A DNA stretch of 64,000 bases from Candidatus Omnitrophota bacterium (GCA_016179745.1 JACPCP010000010.1:3832-67831), one strand, 5' to 3'; shown: positions 20,687-30,636, numbered from the stretch's first letter. The notes: generated by a model from the sequence alone, not told the origin. Program-made: numbers and translations.

Positions 20687-21292
20687 TTAAATCCGGACTT
20701 TAAAACCCCGGAGTTCCTTTTTGAGCCGGGCGTTGGAACGAAATTGAATCGTATGGATCCCGAGCCTCTGGGCTGATTCGACAAAAGCCGGCATGTCGTC
20801 GATAAAGACAACTTCTTCCGGACGCAGCCGGGTTGTTTTCAAGACCTTCCAGAAAATCTTCGGGTCCGGTTTCCGGTGGCCCATCCGGTGCGAGGGAAAG
20901 GTCCGCTTGAAACAGCGGAAGATTCCGGGAAACCGGCGCCTGACATAATTGAAGTGGAGGGCGTTCGTGTTCGAGATGACGTAGAGGGGATAACGGCGGC
21001 TTAAGCTCTTCAGAATCGGACGAACGCCCTCATTCTCCCAAAAAATATCATTCCAGAGTTTCTCGAACTTCCGGAAGCTCACCTGGGTATGAAAGGCCCG
21101 CTGGGCGTGGCGGAAAAACTCCCGGGTTGTGATTTCGCCCCGGGTGTAGGCCTTTTCAACTTTGGAGGTAAAGAAATGCCTCCAAACTTTCTCCTCCGGC
21201 GCCCGGGTCTCCTGGGCGAAGCGCCGTGCGGCCCGCCGGGCGTCAAAATGAATCAGCACATTTCCGAGATCAAAAATAATGGCTTTAATCAT
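20687..21292 (-). CDS. HAD family phosphatase (YihX-like)
   Basis: FDLGNVL, SNTN, RKPDP, FIDD. Confidence 0.9.
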   Translation of the reverse strand: MIKAIIFDLGNVLIHFDARRAARRFAQETRAPEEKVWRHFFTSKVEKAYTRGEITTREFFRHAQRAFHTQVSFRKFEKLWNDIFWENEGVRPILKSLSRRYPLYVISNTNALHFNYVRRRFPGIFRCFKRTFPSHRMGHRKPDPKIFWKVLKTTRLRPEEVVFIDDMPAFVESAQRLGIHTIQFRSNARLKKELRGFKVRI

Positions 21293-21307
21293 CGTCCAGG
21301 GACGTGC

Positions 21308-22294
21308 TTACGTAATGCGGAGAGGGGCAAGGTCCGCTTCCGCCAGGGCCGACCCAATCTCAAGAATCCGGTTGGAACCCTCATTTTCCCATCGAATCTG
21401 AGGCGTCTCTCCGGGAAGGTGCTTTGTGTAACTTAAAATCATCCGGCCTGCCGCCTCCAGCCGTTCAAAGGTCCCGGGCCCGATCAAAAGCGCCGTGGGC
21501 CCGGCAAAGTTGACGGGTGTCATGAGCGTCGTCCCCTTCGGATGAAGGTATTCCAGATACTCGTTTTCACTCAATTCCCTTCCCAGAATGACTTTGGCCC
21601 CGGGGTCGATCCTGAGATGCCGGCCCACCTTCAAAATTTCAAACTGCCAGCGCTCCCCGTCCTGCCCGTGTTGAAAGAGGTCCCTCACCTTCTTGGCGAA
21701 CTCGGGCTCGGTCAGGGCACAGCCGGTCGAAGGCTGCGGAGGATTTTCGATACCGAACTCCTTCGCCAATTTGAGGAGCCTGGCCCGGGAGCGGCCGGCA
21801 ATGTCGTAAAGCCTTTCCCGGTCCACGATCCCCTCTTTCTCGGGAAGGGAGGGTTCGAGAAGTTTGGCCGAGAGGGGGCGCACAATCAATCCCGCAAGAC
21901 CCGTTTCCTTTTCGATGGTCTCAAAACAATCCGAGCGCTGGGACATGGGCCTTTGGCCGAGGACCTCCCCGGACACCACAAAGGAAGCGCCCACGGTTTG
22001 CATCATTTTTTTGGCGAGGCGGAACATATAAGAGCGGCAGTCGACGCAGGGGTTGATGCCTTTTCCAACACCGTGCTTGGGATTTTTGACAAGCTCGAGG
22101 TAATCCATTCCCACGGGAATCATCGTAAACCGGACCCCCAGCTCATGCGCCACCTGGCGGGCGTCGTCCTTGCAGCAGCCGAACATCGTCTGGAAATTGA
22201 TGGCCTCGAGCTCCACCCCTTGCCGCAGGAGAATTTTTGCCGCCAGCGTGCTGTCCAAACCTCCGGATAACAGGATGACGCCTTTTCGATTCAT
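21308..22294 (-). CDS. PP-loop tRNA thiolation enzyme (ThiI/MnmA-like)
   Basis: SGGLDS PP-loop, NPCVDCR, GEVLGQRPMSQ, GCALT. Confidence 0.8.
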   Translation of the reverse strand: MNRKGVILLSGGLDSTLAAKILLRQGVELEAINFQTMFGCCKDDARQVAHELGVRFTMIPVGMDYLELVKNPKHGVGKGINPCVDCRSYMFRLAKKMMQTVGASFVVSGEVLGQRPMSQRSDCFETIEKETGLAGLIVRPLSAKLLEPSLPEKEGIVDRERLYDIAGRSRARLLKLAKEFGIENPPQPSTGCALTEPEFAKKVRDLFQHGQDGERWQFEILKVGRHLRIDPGAKVILGRELSENEYLEYLHPKGTTLMTPVNFAGPTALLIGPGTFERLEAAGRMILSYTKHLPGETPQIRWENEGSNRILEIGSALAEADLAPLRIT

Positions 22295-22329
22295 GACGGG
22301 ATCATACCATAGAAGGCGGTAAGTGAAAA

Positions 22330-23220
22330 TCAGCCCCCGTAGCCCAGCCGTTTCAGGGCCTCGGGATCTTTTTTCCAGTTTTTGAGGGTCTTGACCCAGA
22401 GTTCGAGAAAGACCTTTTTCCCGAGAAACCGTTCGATCTCAAGGCGGGCCGCCTGGCCGATCTGCTTGATTTTGGCGCCGCCCTTTCCGATCAGGATGAC
22501 CTTCTGCGAATCTTTCTCCACCACCACCGCCGCCTTGATCACGACGAGCCCGGCTGATTTTTCCTTAAACTCTTCGATCTCGACGGCGGAACTGTAGGGC
22601 ACCTCCTCGCCCGTGAAACGGAAGACCTTCTCCCGGATAATTTCTCCGACAATCGTGCGCTCGTTTTGGTCGGTGAGGATTCCGTCGTCAAAGTAGGCCG
22701 GGTTTTCCGGCAGCGCCTGAAAGGTCTTCTCGACCAAGACGGACAAGTTTTCCCCGTGCACAGCGGAAATAGAAAGGACTTCCCGGAAAGGGTGGAGTTT
22801 CCGCCACGCCTCCAGGAGGGGCGGCCGCTTCGGCTTCACGACCCGGTCCACCTGATTGATCAAAAGAAAAAGAGGGATGGCCCCCTTTTGGAATTTCCCG
22901 GCAAGCTCCTGATCGAGCGTGTCAGGCGGCTCGGGAAAGACCACCCAGTAGATCAAATCCGAACCCTCGAGCGCCTTCCCGATCTCCCCCATCATCCAAT
23001 CCCCGAGCCGGTCGTGGGGCTCGTGAAAGCCGGGCGTGTCGAGGAAAACAGCCTGGCCCTCGGGGCGGGAGACAATGCCACGGATCACGTGGCGGGTGGT
23101 TTGGGGTTTCCGGGAGACGCCGGCCAGTTTCTCGCCGACCAGGTGATTGAGGAGCGTCGACTTTCCGACATTGGGACGGCCGACAATGGAAATGAATCCG
23201 GAACGAAAAGTTCGGGGCAC
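22330..23220 (-). CDS. era: GTPase Era
   Basis: GRPNVGKS, QTTR, DTPG, EEVPY, KH-domain IGKGG. Confidence 0.95.
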   Translation of the reverse strand: MPRTFRSGFISIVGRPNVGKSTLLNHLVGEKLAGVSRKPQTTRHVIRGIVSRPEGQAVFLDTPGFHEPHDRLGDWMMGEIGKALEGSDLIYWVVFPEPPDTLDQELAGKFQKGAIPLFLLINQVDRVVKPKRPPLLEAWRKLHPFREVLSISAVHGENLSVLVEKTFQALPENPAYFDDGILTDQNERTIVGEIIREKVFRFTGEEVPYSSAVEIEEFKEKSAGLVVIKAAVVVEKDSQKVILIGKGGAKIKQIGQAARLEIERFLGKKVFLELWVKTLKNWKKDPEALKRLGYGG

Positions 23221-23227
23221 CTAACGC

Positions 23228-23620
23228 TCAGCGGATCTTCTGGATGATTTTATTGTAAAGCTCGTTGGCGAGTTCCAGATTGGGGATGAGCTTGTAACCC
23301 TTGCGGGCCTTGATGCGCAGCCGCACCGTGCGTTCGGTGATCTGTTTGACCCGGATCTTGACCTGGGACTTTCGGACTTCGGCCACGAGATCTCCCCGGG
23401 GCCGGTCTTCCCTGCGGATGAAACCCTCAACCCTCAAAGTCTCCCGGCTCGCCTGGTAAACCTTGTCAAAGGACTTGTCGAGATTTCCTTCAATTTCATC
23501 CTTGGAGATGGCGTAGCCGCCGGCCGCCCCGGCGCCGATCAAAAAAACCGGACAGCCGGAGAAAAGAATCAGCGAAAAGAGGAGCCCGCCTGCCGTCCAA
23601 ATTTTTCCCATTCCCTTCAT
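23228..23620 (-). CDS. Lipoprotein (DUF3568-like)
   Basis: Lipobox FSGC followed by GAGAAGGY. Confidence 0.65.
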   Translation of the reverse strand: MKGMGKIWTAGGLLFSLILFSGCPVFLIGAGAAGGYAISKDEIEGNLDKSFDKVYQASRETLRVEGFIRREDRPRGDLVAEVRKSQVKIRVKQITERTVRLRIKARKGYKLIPNLELANELYNKIIQKIR

Positions 23621-24303
23621 GAGAGAGGCCTCCCTGCACGAACCGGGTTTTGAACCAGTCTTAGAATTTCATTCACGAGCTTTTCGATCCCCTGCCACGC
23701 CTCAGCGACATTTTGGGCCAGCATGTAGGCCGGGGTGGTCACAATCTTATGATCGGCATCGACCCAGATTTCGTTGACCCCGCATTCGTGGTGGCGGGAG
23801 CCGAGTCTCTCCAATTGATCTGCCGTCGAGCGGTCTTTTCCGATCGTGAGCCCGACGCCGGAACCCTCAAAAATCTTGGCCACGAGGGCCGGGGCAATAC
23901 AAATGGCACCGATCGGTTTCCCGGCCTGGTGGACCTCCCGGACGAGCCGGGCAACTTCGGGGTGGACCTTGCAATCCGTCCCGTCGACGGCAAAGGTGCA
24001 GAGGTTTTTGGCGGCGCCGTAACCCCCGGGGAAAATGAGGGCATCCACATCGCCGGCCTGGACCTCTTTAATATCCCTGATCTTGCCCCGGGCAATTCGG
24101 GCGGACTCGACCAGGATGTTCCGCTTCTCTTGGGTCTCAACGCCCGTGAGATGATTGATGACGTGGAGTTGGTCCGAGTTGGGCGCCATACAAACGGCTT
24201 CGGCTTTTGCCTTCGACAAGGCGAGAAGGGTCAGAACGGACTCGTGAATCTCGGACCCGTCCATCACCCCGCACCCGGAAAGCACAACGCCGATCCTGGG
24301 CAT
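23617..24303 (-). CDS. elbB: ElbB/ES1 (DJ-1/PfpI superfamily) glyoxalase
   Basis: VLSGCGVMDGSEIHE, PGGYGAAKNL, ICIAP, TPAYM. Confidence 0.92.
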   Translation of the reverse strand: MPRIGVVLSGCGVMDGSEIHESVLTLLALSKAKAEAVCMAPNSDQLHVINHLTGVETQEKRNILVESARIARGKIRDIKEVQAGDVDALIFPGGYGAAKNLCTFAVDGTDCKVHPEVARLVREVHQAGKPIGAICIAPALVAKIFEGSGVGLTIGKDRSTADQLERLGSRHHECGVNEIWVDADHKIVTTPAYMLAQNVAEAWQGIEKLVNEILRLVQNPVRAGRPLS

Positions 24304-24305
24304 TT

Positions 24306-25454
24306 TCAGTATTTCGGGACGGACGGGTCCACCTGGCTCGACCAGGCTGAAATTCCGCCGGCCACGCTCCAAACCTTTTTAAACCCGCTCTTCAGCAACA
24401 ATTCGACGGCCCGGGAACTCCGGCCGCCCAGTTTGCAGTGGGCGACGATCTCCTTGTCCCTATAAGACTCAAGCTCGCTCAAGCGATCGGCAAGCTGGCC
24501 GACCGGAATCAATTTGGAGCCGGGGATTTTCGCAATCTGATACTCGTGGGGTTCCCGGACATCGAGGAGAAGAAAATCTTCCTTTCGGTCCAGTTTGGCC
24601 TTCAGGTCAAAAACGGAAATTTCAGGAATCATCGATTCTCCCCGGCTCTCTCCCCGTTTTACGCCGCAGAATTCTTCATAATCAATGAGCTTCGTGACCG
24701 TGGGGTGATCGCCGCACACCGGGCAATTCTTGTCCCGCCTCAGCCGGAGGGTGCGAAAACTCATTTTCAAGGCGTCGTAAAGAAGGAGCCTTCCGATCAA
24801 GGGCTCTCCGGTCCCGACAATCAATTTCACCGCCTCCGTCGCCTGAAGGACCCCGATCACGCCCGGAAGAATTCCGAGCACTCCCCCTTCGGCGCAGCTT
24901 GGGACCATCCCGGGCGGCGGCGGCTCCGGGTAAAGGCAGCGGTAGCAGGGCCCCGTTTTCGGCATGAACACGGTGGCCTGTCCTTCGAAACGAAAGATGG
25001 AACCGTAAATATTGGGCTTGTTCAAAAGAACGCAAGCATCGTTGACGAGATAACGGGTGGGAAAATTGTCTGTCCCGTCAATCACGAGGTCGTAACCCTG
25101 GATGATTTCTAAGGCATTGTCGGACGAAATTTTCACCGGGTGTTTGACGACCTTCGTGTCGGGGTTCATTCCTTTGATTCGTTTCTCGGCAGAATCGAGT
25201 TTGGATTTCCCGATGTCGTCATTCGTGTGAAGGATCTGGCGCTGGAGGTTGGAAAGATCGACCACGTCAAAATCGACAAGGCCGATCGTCCCCACGCCCG
25301 CCGCTGCCAAATAAAGACCGAGCGGCGAACCAAGACCCCCGGCTCCAATGAGAAGCACTTTGGCGGCCAGAAGCTTTTTCTGCCCCGCTTCCCCGATCTC
25401 GGGAAGTATCAGGTGACGGCTGTAACGGCTGTATTGTTCAGGGGTTAAATTCAT
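24306..25454 (-). CDS. moeB: MoeB/ThiF adenylyltransferase with C-terminal rhodanese (MoeZ-type)
   Basis: RYSRH, GAGGLG, SNLQRQ, CYRC/CPVC zinc motifs, rhodanese HCKLGGRS. Confidence 0.92.
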   Translation of the reverse strand: MNLTPEQYSRYSRHLILPEIGEAGQKKLLAAKVLLIGAGGLGSPLGLYLAAAGVGTIGLVDFDVVDLSNLQRQILHTNDDIGKSKLDSAEKRIKGMNPDTKVVKHPVKISSDNALEIIQGYDLVIDGTDNFPTRYLVNDACVLLNKPNIYGSIFRFEGQATVFMPKTGPCYRCLYPEPPPPGMVPSCAEGGVLGILPGVIGVLQATEAVKLIVGTGEPLIGRLLLYDALKMSFRTLRLRRDKNCPVCGDHPTVTKLIDYEEFCGVKRGESRGESMIPEISVFDLKAKLDRKEDFLLLDVREPHEYQIAKIPGSKLIPVGQLADRLSELESYRDKEIVAHCKLGGRSSRAVELLLKSGFKKVWSVAGGISAWSSQVDPSVPKY

Positions 25455-25477
25455 TTTGAGGGTTTTTCCGGCTCCTA

Positions 25478-26680
25478 TTATACAGCGTCCCAACCCCGGA
25501 TCAAACGGCGCATCAGGAGATGGCCTTTCTCCAACTGAATGCCGGTCGAGCGGGCGTCCGCCTCGGTGTAGTTTTTCCCGGAGCGGATTTTCACATCGGA
25601 GCCGGAGAAAATAAAAGGGACGGGGTCCGCAATGTGGGTTTTCTTCGCCGTCGGCGTGAAGTGGTCCGGGGCAACAAAAAGGCGGTAGGGCCCCCGCTTC
25701 CTGAGATGATCGGTGAGGGGGGCCACAATGGCTTCATCGATTCTTTCAATCGCCTTCTTCTTTTCCAGGGCAAGCCCCGAGTGGCCCGCCTCGTCCGTGG
25801 CCTCGACGTGGACGAAAATCAAATCAAGTTCCTTCAAGGCGTTGATCGCATAACGGGCCTTGGCGTCGTAATCGGTGTCAAAGTAGCCCGTGGCGCCCGG
25901 GACGTGGATCACCTTCCAGCCGAGGTAATGCCCAAGCCCCTGCAAAAGATCGACGGCTGAAATGACACCGCCCCGGACCCCTTTAAATTTTTCGTGAAAG
26001 GGTTCGATTTCGGGCCGGACTCCGCCGCCCCAGAGCCAAATCATATTTGCTTTCGATTTTCCTTCCTTTTCACGTTTTTGATTCACCGGATGATTCTCGA
26101 GAAGCTTCCGGGATTCGAGAATGAAATTTCTGAAAACCTCGGAGCCCTTTCCCTTGGGAAGAAAAGGTTCAAATTTTTGCCCCTGAATGTCGTGCGGTTG
26201 GGCGGTTTCGACTTCGAAGTCTTCTCCTCTCCGGCAGAGAAGGAGGTGGCGATACATCTTCCCCGGAAAAAATTGGAAATCTTTTGAGCCGAACTTTTTT
26301 TGGACGGCTTCGATCAATTCCTTCGCTTCTTCCGTCGTCACGTGGCCGGCGCTGTAATCTTCAAGGCGGTCGCCTCGGGCCGTCACGAGATTCGTGCGAA
26401 AAACTTTTTGCTTGCCCTCCACCGGAATGCCGAGGCTCGCCGCCTCCAGCGGCGCCCGGCCGGTGTAACAGGTCCGGGGGTCGTAACCCATGAGGCTCAG
26501 ACCGCACACGTCGCTTCCGGGAACCATTCCGTCGGGAACCGTTTTGAGCGTCCCCAAAATCCCTTCCTGCGCCAGCCGGTCCAGGTTCGGCGTCCGGGCG
26601 GCTTCGAGCGGGGTCTTCTCCCCCAGCTCCGGAACCGGCCAGTCACCCAACCCATCTGGAACTATCACCGCATATTTCAT
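25478..26680 (-). CDS. apgM: Cofactor-independent phosphoglycerate mutase (archaeal-type)
   Basis: DGLGD, TPLEAA.TP, PGSD, DEAGH, PDHFTP. Confidence 0.9.
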   Translation of the reverse strand: MKYAVIVPDGLGDWPVPELGEKTPLEAARTPNLDRLAQEGILGTLKTVPDGMVPGSDVCGLSLMGYDPRTCYTGRAPLEAASLGIPVEGKQKVFRTNLVTARGDRLEDYSAGHVTTEEAKELIEAVQKKFGSKDFQFFPGKMYRHLLLCRRGEDFEVETAQPHDIQGQKFEPFLPKGKGSEVFRNFILESRKLLENHPVNQKREKEGKSKANMIWLWGGGVRPEIEPFHEKFKGVRGGVISAVDLLQGLGHYLGWKVIHVPGATGYFDTDYDAKARYAINALKELDLIFVHVEATDEAGHSGLALEKKKAIERIDEAIVAPLTDHLRKRGPYRLFVAPDHFTPTAKKTHIADPVPFIFSGSDVKIRSGKNYTEADARSTGIQLEKGHLLMRRLIRGWDAV

Positions 26681-26681
26681 T

Positions 26682-27641
26682 TTAGTTTCGATAGAAACCC
26701 GTTTTGAAAATTTCGTCGCTCTCGTAAACCCGTCGGAGGACGGAGATCTCTTCGATCCGGAGCTTCGGGTCCTCGCTCGCCTTTAAATTCTGAAGGACTT
26801 GCAGCCGGGTCTTTGCGCCCGGAATCGCTGCACTCACCGCCTCAAAGCTCAAAACAAATTCCAGGGCCTCCTCAACCGGCGAAACCCGTTCTGTTTTGAG
26901 GCTGGCCCGAAGCCGGGACAGTTTTTGAAGGTCCAGCTCCTTTTTCTCCCGGGACCAGCCGTTTCGATGATCGGTCTTGGGAAAGGCGCTCACGCCCGAG
27001 TATTTCCCGGTCAGGAACCCGCAGGCCAGCGGTTCCCGGGCAATGATTCCGATATTTTTCTCCACAGCCTCCGGGAAGACCTCCAGGACCGGCCGCTGAT
27101 CAATCAGGTTAAAGATCAATTGAAGGGTGTCGGCCTTCCCGGAACGGATCACGGCCAGCGCTTCGGCCGGCGTGTGCACGGAGACGCCGTAATAACGGAC
27201 CTTCCCTTCCCTTTTTAATTCCTCCAACACCTGGAAAAGGCCCCCCTGTTCAAGGATTTCAAGCCTGGGATTGTGCAGCTGGTAAAGATCGATCCGGTCC
27301 GTCGCAAGACGCCGGAGGCTCTCCCCGCAGGCGAAGCGGATGTAATCCGGGTCAAAATTCTGCCTCGAACCGCCGTGATAGAAATCCCAGCCGGCTTTGG
27401 TGGCGATCACCGCCTGGTCACGCTTTCCTTTCAGGAAGCGGCCGATGAGCTCTTCGGAATGGCCATGCCCGTAAGTGTCGGCGGTGTCGAAAAAATTGAC
27501 GCCGTGCTCCCAAGCCGCTTCGAGGGCGTCGAGCGAATCCTCATCCCGGGTCGGGCCGTAGCTCGTCCCTCCAATGGCCCACGCCCCGAACCCGATTTCA
27601 GAGACACTCAGCCCTGTCCGTCCAAGTGTTCGGTATTTCAT
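26682..27641 (-). CDS. Aldo/keto reductase
   Basis: LGRTG..VSEIGFG, FDTADTYG, DLYQLH; ATG overlaps the HEPN gene stop. Confidence 0.9.
   Translation of the reverse strand: MKYRTLGRTGLSVSEIGFGAWAIGGTSYGPTRDEDSLDALEAAWEHGVNFFDTADTYGHGHSEELIGRFLKGKRDQAVIATKAGWDFYHGGSRQNFDPDYIRFACGESLRRLATDRIDLYQLHNPRLEILEQGGLFQVLEELKREGKVRYYGVSVHTPAEALAVIRSGKADTLQLIFNLIDQRPVLEVFPEAVEKNIGIIAREPLACGFLTGKYSGVSAFPKTDHRNGWSREKKELDLQKLSRLRASLKTERVSPVEEALEFVLSFEAVSAAIPGAKTRLQVLQNLKASEDPKLRIEEISVLRRVYESDEIFKTGFYRN
27543..27641 (-). repeat. 99-bp direct repeat, copy 1 (5' end of the intact AKR gene)
   Basis: 87/99 nt identical to 28741-28839 by manual alignment. Confidence 0.9.
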
Positions 27642-28099
27642 TGGAGGGGGAGTTCGAACTGCGGATTGACGGCTTTTGCCTTTTCCAAAACAGCATGGAT
27701 CCATTCCTCGGCATCGGTCAACGCATTTTTGGTTTCATCGTGTGTCACCAATCCGCCATATTCGTAAGTCAGCTGATTCCTCTTGCGCCGCATCGTTTCG
27801 AACTGCTCTGCGAGGGCTTTAAACCGGCTCCCGAGCAGCGTCTCACAAACTAAAATGACGGTCCGGTGCTGAGAGCCATCGGCGGGACGGAGCCCTTCCA
27901 GAAAAAGGAGGGAGCGGCCGGCTTTCAGCATGGACTGATAAGCCATCAAAAAAGGTGAACGCTCACCGACGGTGAGGACCGCCTTTGCTTCTCGAATATC
28001 CCTGAGCGCGTCCTTCAGGAGCCCCTCAATTTGCACCCATGCCACTTTCTGCTCCCGAAGTTTTCCTTCCCGTTTCAATTTTTCAATCAATTCCTTCAT
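27638..28099 (-). CDS. HEPN domain protein (putative RNase toxin)
   Basis: AYQSML.AGR.LL...G, H..V, RRKRNQLTY (R-x4-Y variant of the HEPN motif); downstream of an MNT gene. Confidence 0.8.
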   Translation of the reverse strand: MKELIEKLKREGKLREQKVAWVQIEGLLKDALRDIREAKAVLTVGERSPFLMAYQSMLKAGRSLLFLEGLRPADGSQHRTVILVCETLLGSRFKALAEQFETMRRKRNQLTYEYGGLVTHDETKNALTDAEEWIHAVLEKAKAVNPQFELPLQ

Positions 28100-28658
28100 C
28101 GAGCTTTCCTTTTAAAATGATCTTTTTCCCTCGAGTCACGTCCGCAAGAAAACTTCCCTTTGCCCGGAGTTTCGTTCGGAACTCCCGGTCGGGATAAAGA
28201 GTAAAATTAATCTCACGACCCAGCCGTTCTTCAAGCGCCCGGATCTGGGAGGTGAACCGCCTGCGGTCGAGCTCCCCCACCACCACGAGATCAATATCGG
28301 AAGACGCACGCTCCTCCCCTTTGGCGTAGGAGCCATAAATGAACGCCAGCCGGATTGCCGGAAACTTTTCAACACACTGCCGGAGGCTTCCTTCAATCCC
28401 CTCGGTTTTAAAGATGATTTGTTTCAGCTCCAGGTAAAGCGGGTATCTCGGATTCAGCCGGTAGAATCTGATCCTTCCTTTGGGCTCTTCCTGAAAAAGC
28501 CCCTCTTCGGTGAGGCGGCGGAGCTCTTTGGAAAGATTGCCCGGATCCAGGCTGAGGAGGGCTGCAATTTCCCGGACGTAATACTTCTCGTCAGGGTGGG
28601 TGAAGTAATGAGTCAGCAGCTTTCGCCGGAGCTTGGACGAAATCACGTAGGGGAGCAT
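28083..28658 (-). CDS. wHTH plus minimal nucleotidyltransferase (MNT) antitoxin
   Basis: N-terminal YVREIA..L....GN..KEL HTH; IYGSYAKG....SDIDLVV MNT motif. Confidence 0.88.
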   Translation of the reverse strand: MLPYVISSKLRRKLLTHYFTHPDEKYYVREIAALLSLDPGNLSKELRRLTEEGLFQEEPKGRIRFYRLNPRYPLYLELKQIIFKTEGIEGSLRQCVEKFPAIRLAFIYGSYAKGEERASSDIDLVVVGELDRRRFTSQIRALEERLGREINFTLYPDREFRTKLRAKGSFLADVTRGKKIILKGKLDEGID

Positions 28659-28671
28659 TTTAGGGTTCCGC

Positions 28672-28720
28672 TTGATGTATCAGATACATCAATTGTAGTA
28701 TCCAACTCCCCCAAACGCAA
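28672..28720 (-). promoter_or_regulatory. Promoter and palindromic operator of the MNT-HEPN operon
   Basis: TTGCGT-17-TACAAT on the - strand; perfect 10-1-10 palindrome TTGATGTATC-A-GATACATCAA at 28672-28692, over the predicted start site. Confidence 0.7.
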
Positions 28721-28740
28721 GGCCTGTTTGGGCCTTCCCG

Positions 28741-28839
28741 ATCCCGGGTCGGGCCGTAGCTCGTGCCTCCGATGGCCCAGGCCCCGAAACCCATTTCAGA
28801 AACCCTGAGCCCCGTGCGTCCGAGTGTCCGGTATTTCAT
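28741..28839 (-). pseudogene. Orphan 5' fragment (33 codons) of aldo/keto reductase; repeat copy 2
   Basis: [33 protein letters not shown], then similarity ends. Confidence 0.85.
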
Positions 28840-28854
28840 CGGCACGGCGGGTTG

Positions 28855-30636
28855 TCAGACGGACGGGAGATGTTCGCCCTTTCGGCTTCTCAGGCGGGCC
28901 ACCAAAAATTCCTGCTCTTTAAGAAGCTCCCCGGGAAGCCGGGTGCCGAAAAGCGAAAAGAATTCGGTTTGTTCCTCAGCGGCCTTGAGCCACTCTTCCG
29001 GGTCCACCTCAAAAAGCTGACGAAGCCCTGCGGGGTCGACTCCGACCCCTTCGAGGTCAAGGTCCTGAAGCAGCGGCAGGCGGCCAATCGGCGTCTCAAG
29101 GCAATCGACCTTGTCATGACATCGGTCCATGATCCATTTCAAGACCCGGATGTTCTCCCCAAAGCCGGGCCAGATAAATTTCCCTTTCTCGTCGGTCCGG
29201 AACCAGTTCACCCGGAAAATCCGGGGGGGCCGTTTGAGCTGCCGGCCGATCCGGAGCCAGTGGTCAAAATAATCGGCCATGTTGTAGCCGCAAAAAGGAA
29301 GCATGGCCATGGGGTCCCGCCGGACCACGCCCACCGCCCCGGCCGCCGCCGCCGTTGTTTCCGAACTCATCGTGGCACCGAGATAGACCCCGTGCTGCCA
29401 ATGGAAGGATTCGCAGATCAGCGGAACAATCGTGGAGCGCCGGCAGCCGAAAATAACCGCAGAAATGGGGACCCCCTCCGGCCGGTCCCATTCCGGGGCG
29501 TAAATCGGACACTGGCGGATCGGCGCCGTAAACCGGGCATTCGGGTGCGCCGCCTTCCAACCCAGGGTCGGGTCCCACAGCCGGCCCTGCCAGTCCAAAA
29601 TCTCCCCGTCCTTGGGGAGCTCCAGGCCCTCCCACCAAACTCTCTGATCGGAAGCCATCGCCACGTTGGTAAAGAGCGTGTTTCTCGAGATGGTCTTCAT
29701 CATATTGGGGTTTGTCTGAAAGTTCGTGCCGGGCGCCACACCGAAAAAGCCCGCCTCCGGGTTGACGGCATAAAGCTGTCCGTCCCGCCCCGGCCTCAAC
29801 CAGGCAATGTCGTCCCCCACACAAAAGATGCGGTATCCTTTGAACTTTCCGTCCGGCTGAAGCATGGCCAGATTGGTTTTCCCGCAGGCGGAAGGGAGTG
29901 CGGCGGCGATATAAATTTTTTCTCCCTGAGGGTTCTCAATGCCCATGATGAGCATGTGCTCGGCCAGCCAACTCTCTTCCCGGCCCAGCCAGCTGGCGAT
30001 CCGAAGCGCCGCACACTTCTTGCTGAGAAGGGCATTGCCCCCGTAACCGGAATTGATGCTGTAAATCGTTTTGTCCTCGGGGAAATGACAGATGTATCGT
30101 TTCTGAGGATCCAGATTGCCGGTCGAGTGGAGCCCCTTGATGAAATCTCCGGATTCGCCCAGCTCCTCCAGGGCGGCCTCCCCCATTCGGGTCATAATCC
30201 GCATATTGACGGCCACGTAAAGGCTGTCCGTCAGCTCAATCCCCACCTTGCTGAAGGGAGAATGCCGGGGCCCCAGAAGAAAAGGAATCACATAGAGCGT
30301 CCGGCCCCGCATCACCCCGTCAAAAAGCCCCTTCAAAAGGGTCTTCGCCTCGCCGGAGGGAAGCCAGTTGTTGGTCGGGCCGACGTCTTCCCGTTTCTCC
30401 GTGCAGATGAAGGTGCAATGCTCGGTCCGGGCCACATCCTGAGGGTCGGAACGGTGGAGGTAGGAGCCGGGGTGTTTCTGGGGATTGAGCGGGATCAGTT
30501 CGCCGGACTCACAAGCCTGGGCCAGCAGGCGGCGATTCTCGGCCTCGGACCCGTCGAGCCAGACGATCCGGTCCGGTTTCGTGAGGCGGGCCATCTCGTC
30601 GACCCATTCCCGGACCTTTTGATTTTGCATTGCCAT
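28855..30636 (-). CDS. pckG: Phosphoenolpyruvate carboxykinase (GTP)
   Basis: SGYGGNALL, WLAEHMLI, PSACGKTN, VGDDIAW, NPEAGFFGVAPGT, AHPNARF. Confidence 0.96.
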   Translation of the reverse strand: MAMQNQKVREWVDEMARLTKPDRIVWLDGSEAENRRLLAQACESGELIPLNPQKHPGSYLHRSDPQDVARTEHCTFICTEKREDVGPTNNWLPSGEAKTLLKGLFDGVMRGRTLYVIPFLLGPRHSPFSKVGIELTDSLYVAVNMRIMTRMGEAALEELGESGDFIKGLHSTGNLDPQKRYICHFPEDKTIYSINSGYGGNALLSKKCAALRIASWLGREESWLAEHMLIMGIENPQGEKIYIAAALPSACGKTNLAMLQPDGKFKGYRIFCVGDDIAWLRPGRDGQLYAVNPEAGFFGVAPGTNFQTNPNMMKTISRNTLFTNVAMASDQRVWWEGLELPKDGEILDWQGRLWDPTLGWKAAHPNARFTAPIRQCPIYAPEWDRPEGVPISAVIFGCRRSTIVPLICESFHWQHGVYLGATMSSETTAAAAGAVGVVRRDPMAMLPFCGYNMADYFDHWLRIGRQLKRPPRIFRVNWFRTDEKGKFIWPGFGENIRVLKWIMDRCHDKVDCLETPIGRLPLLQDLDLEGVGVDPAGLRQLFEVDPEEWLKAAEEQTEFFSLFGTRLPGELLKEQEFLVARLRSRKGEHLPSV

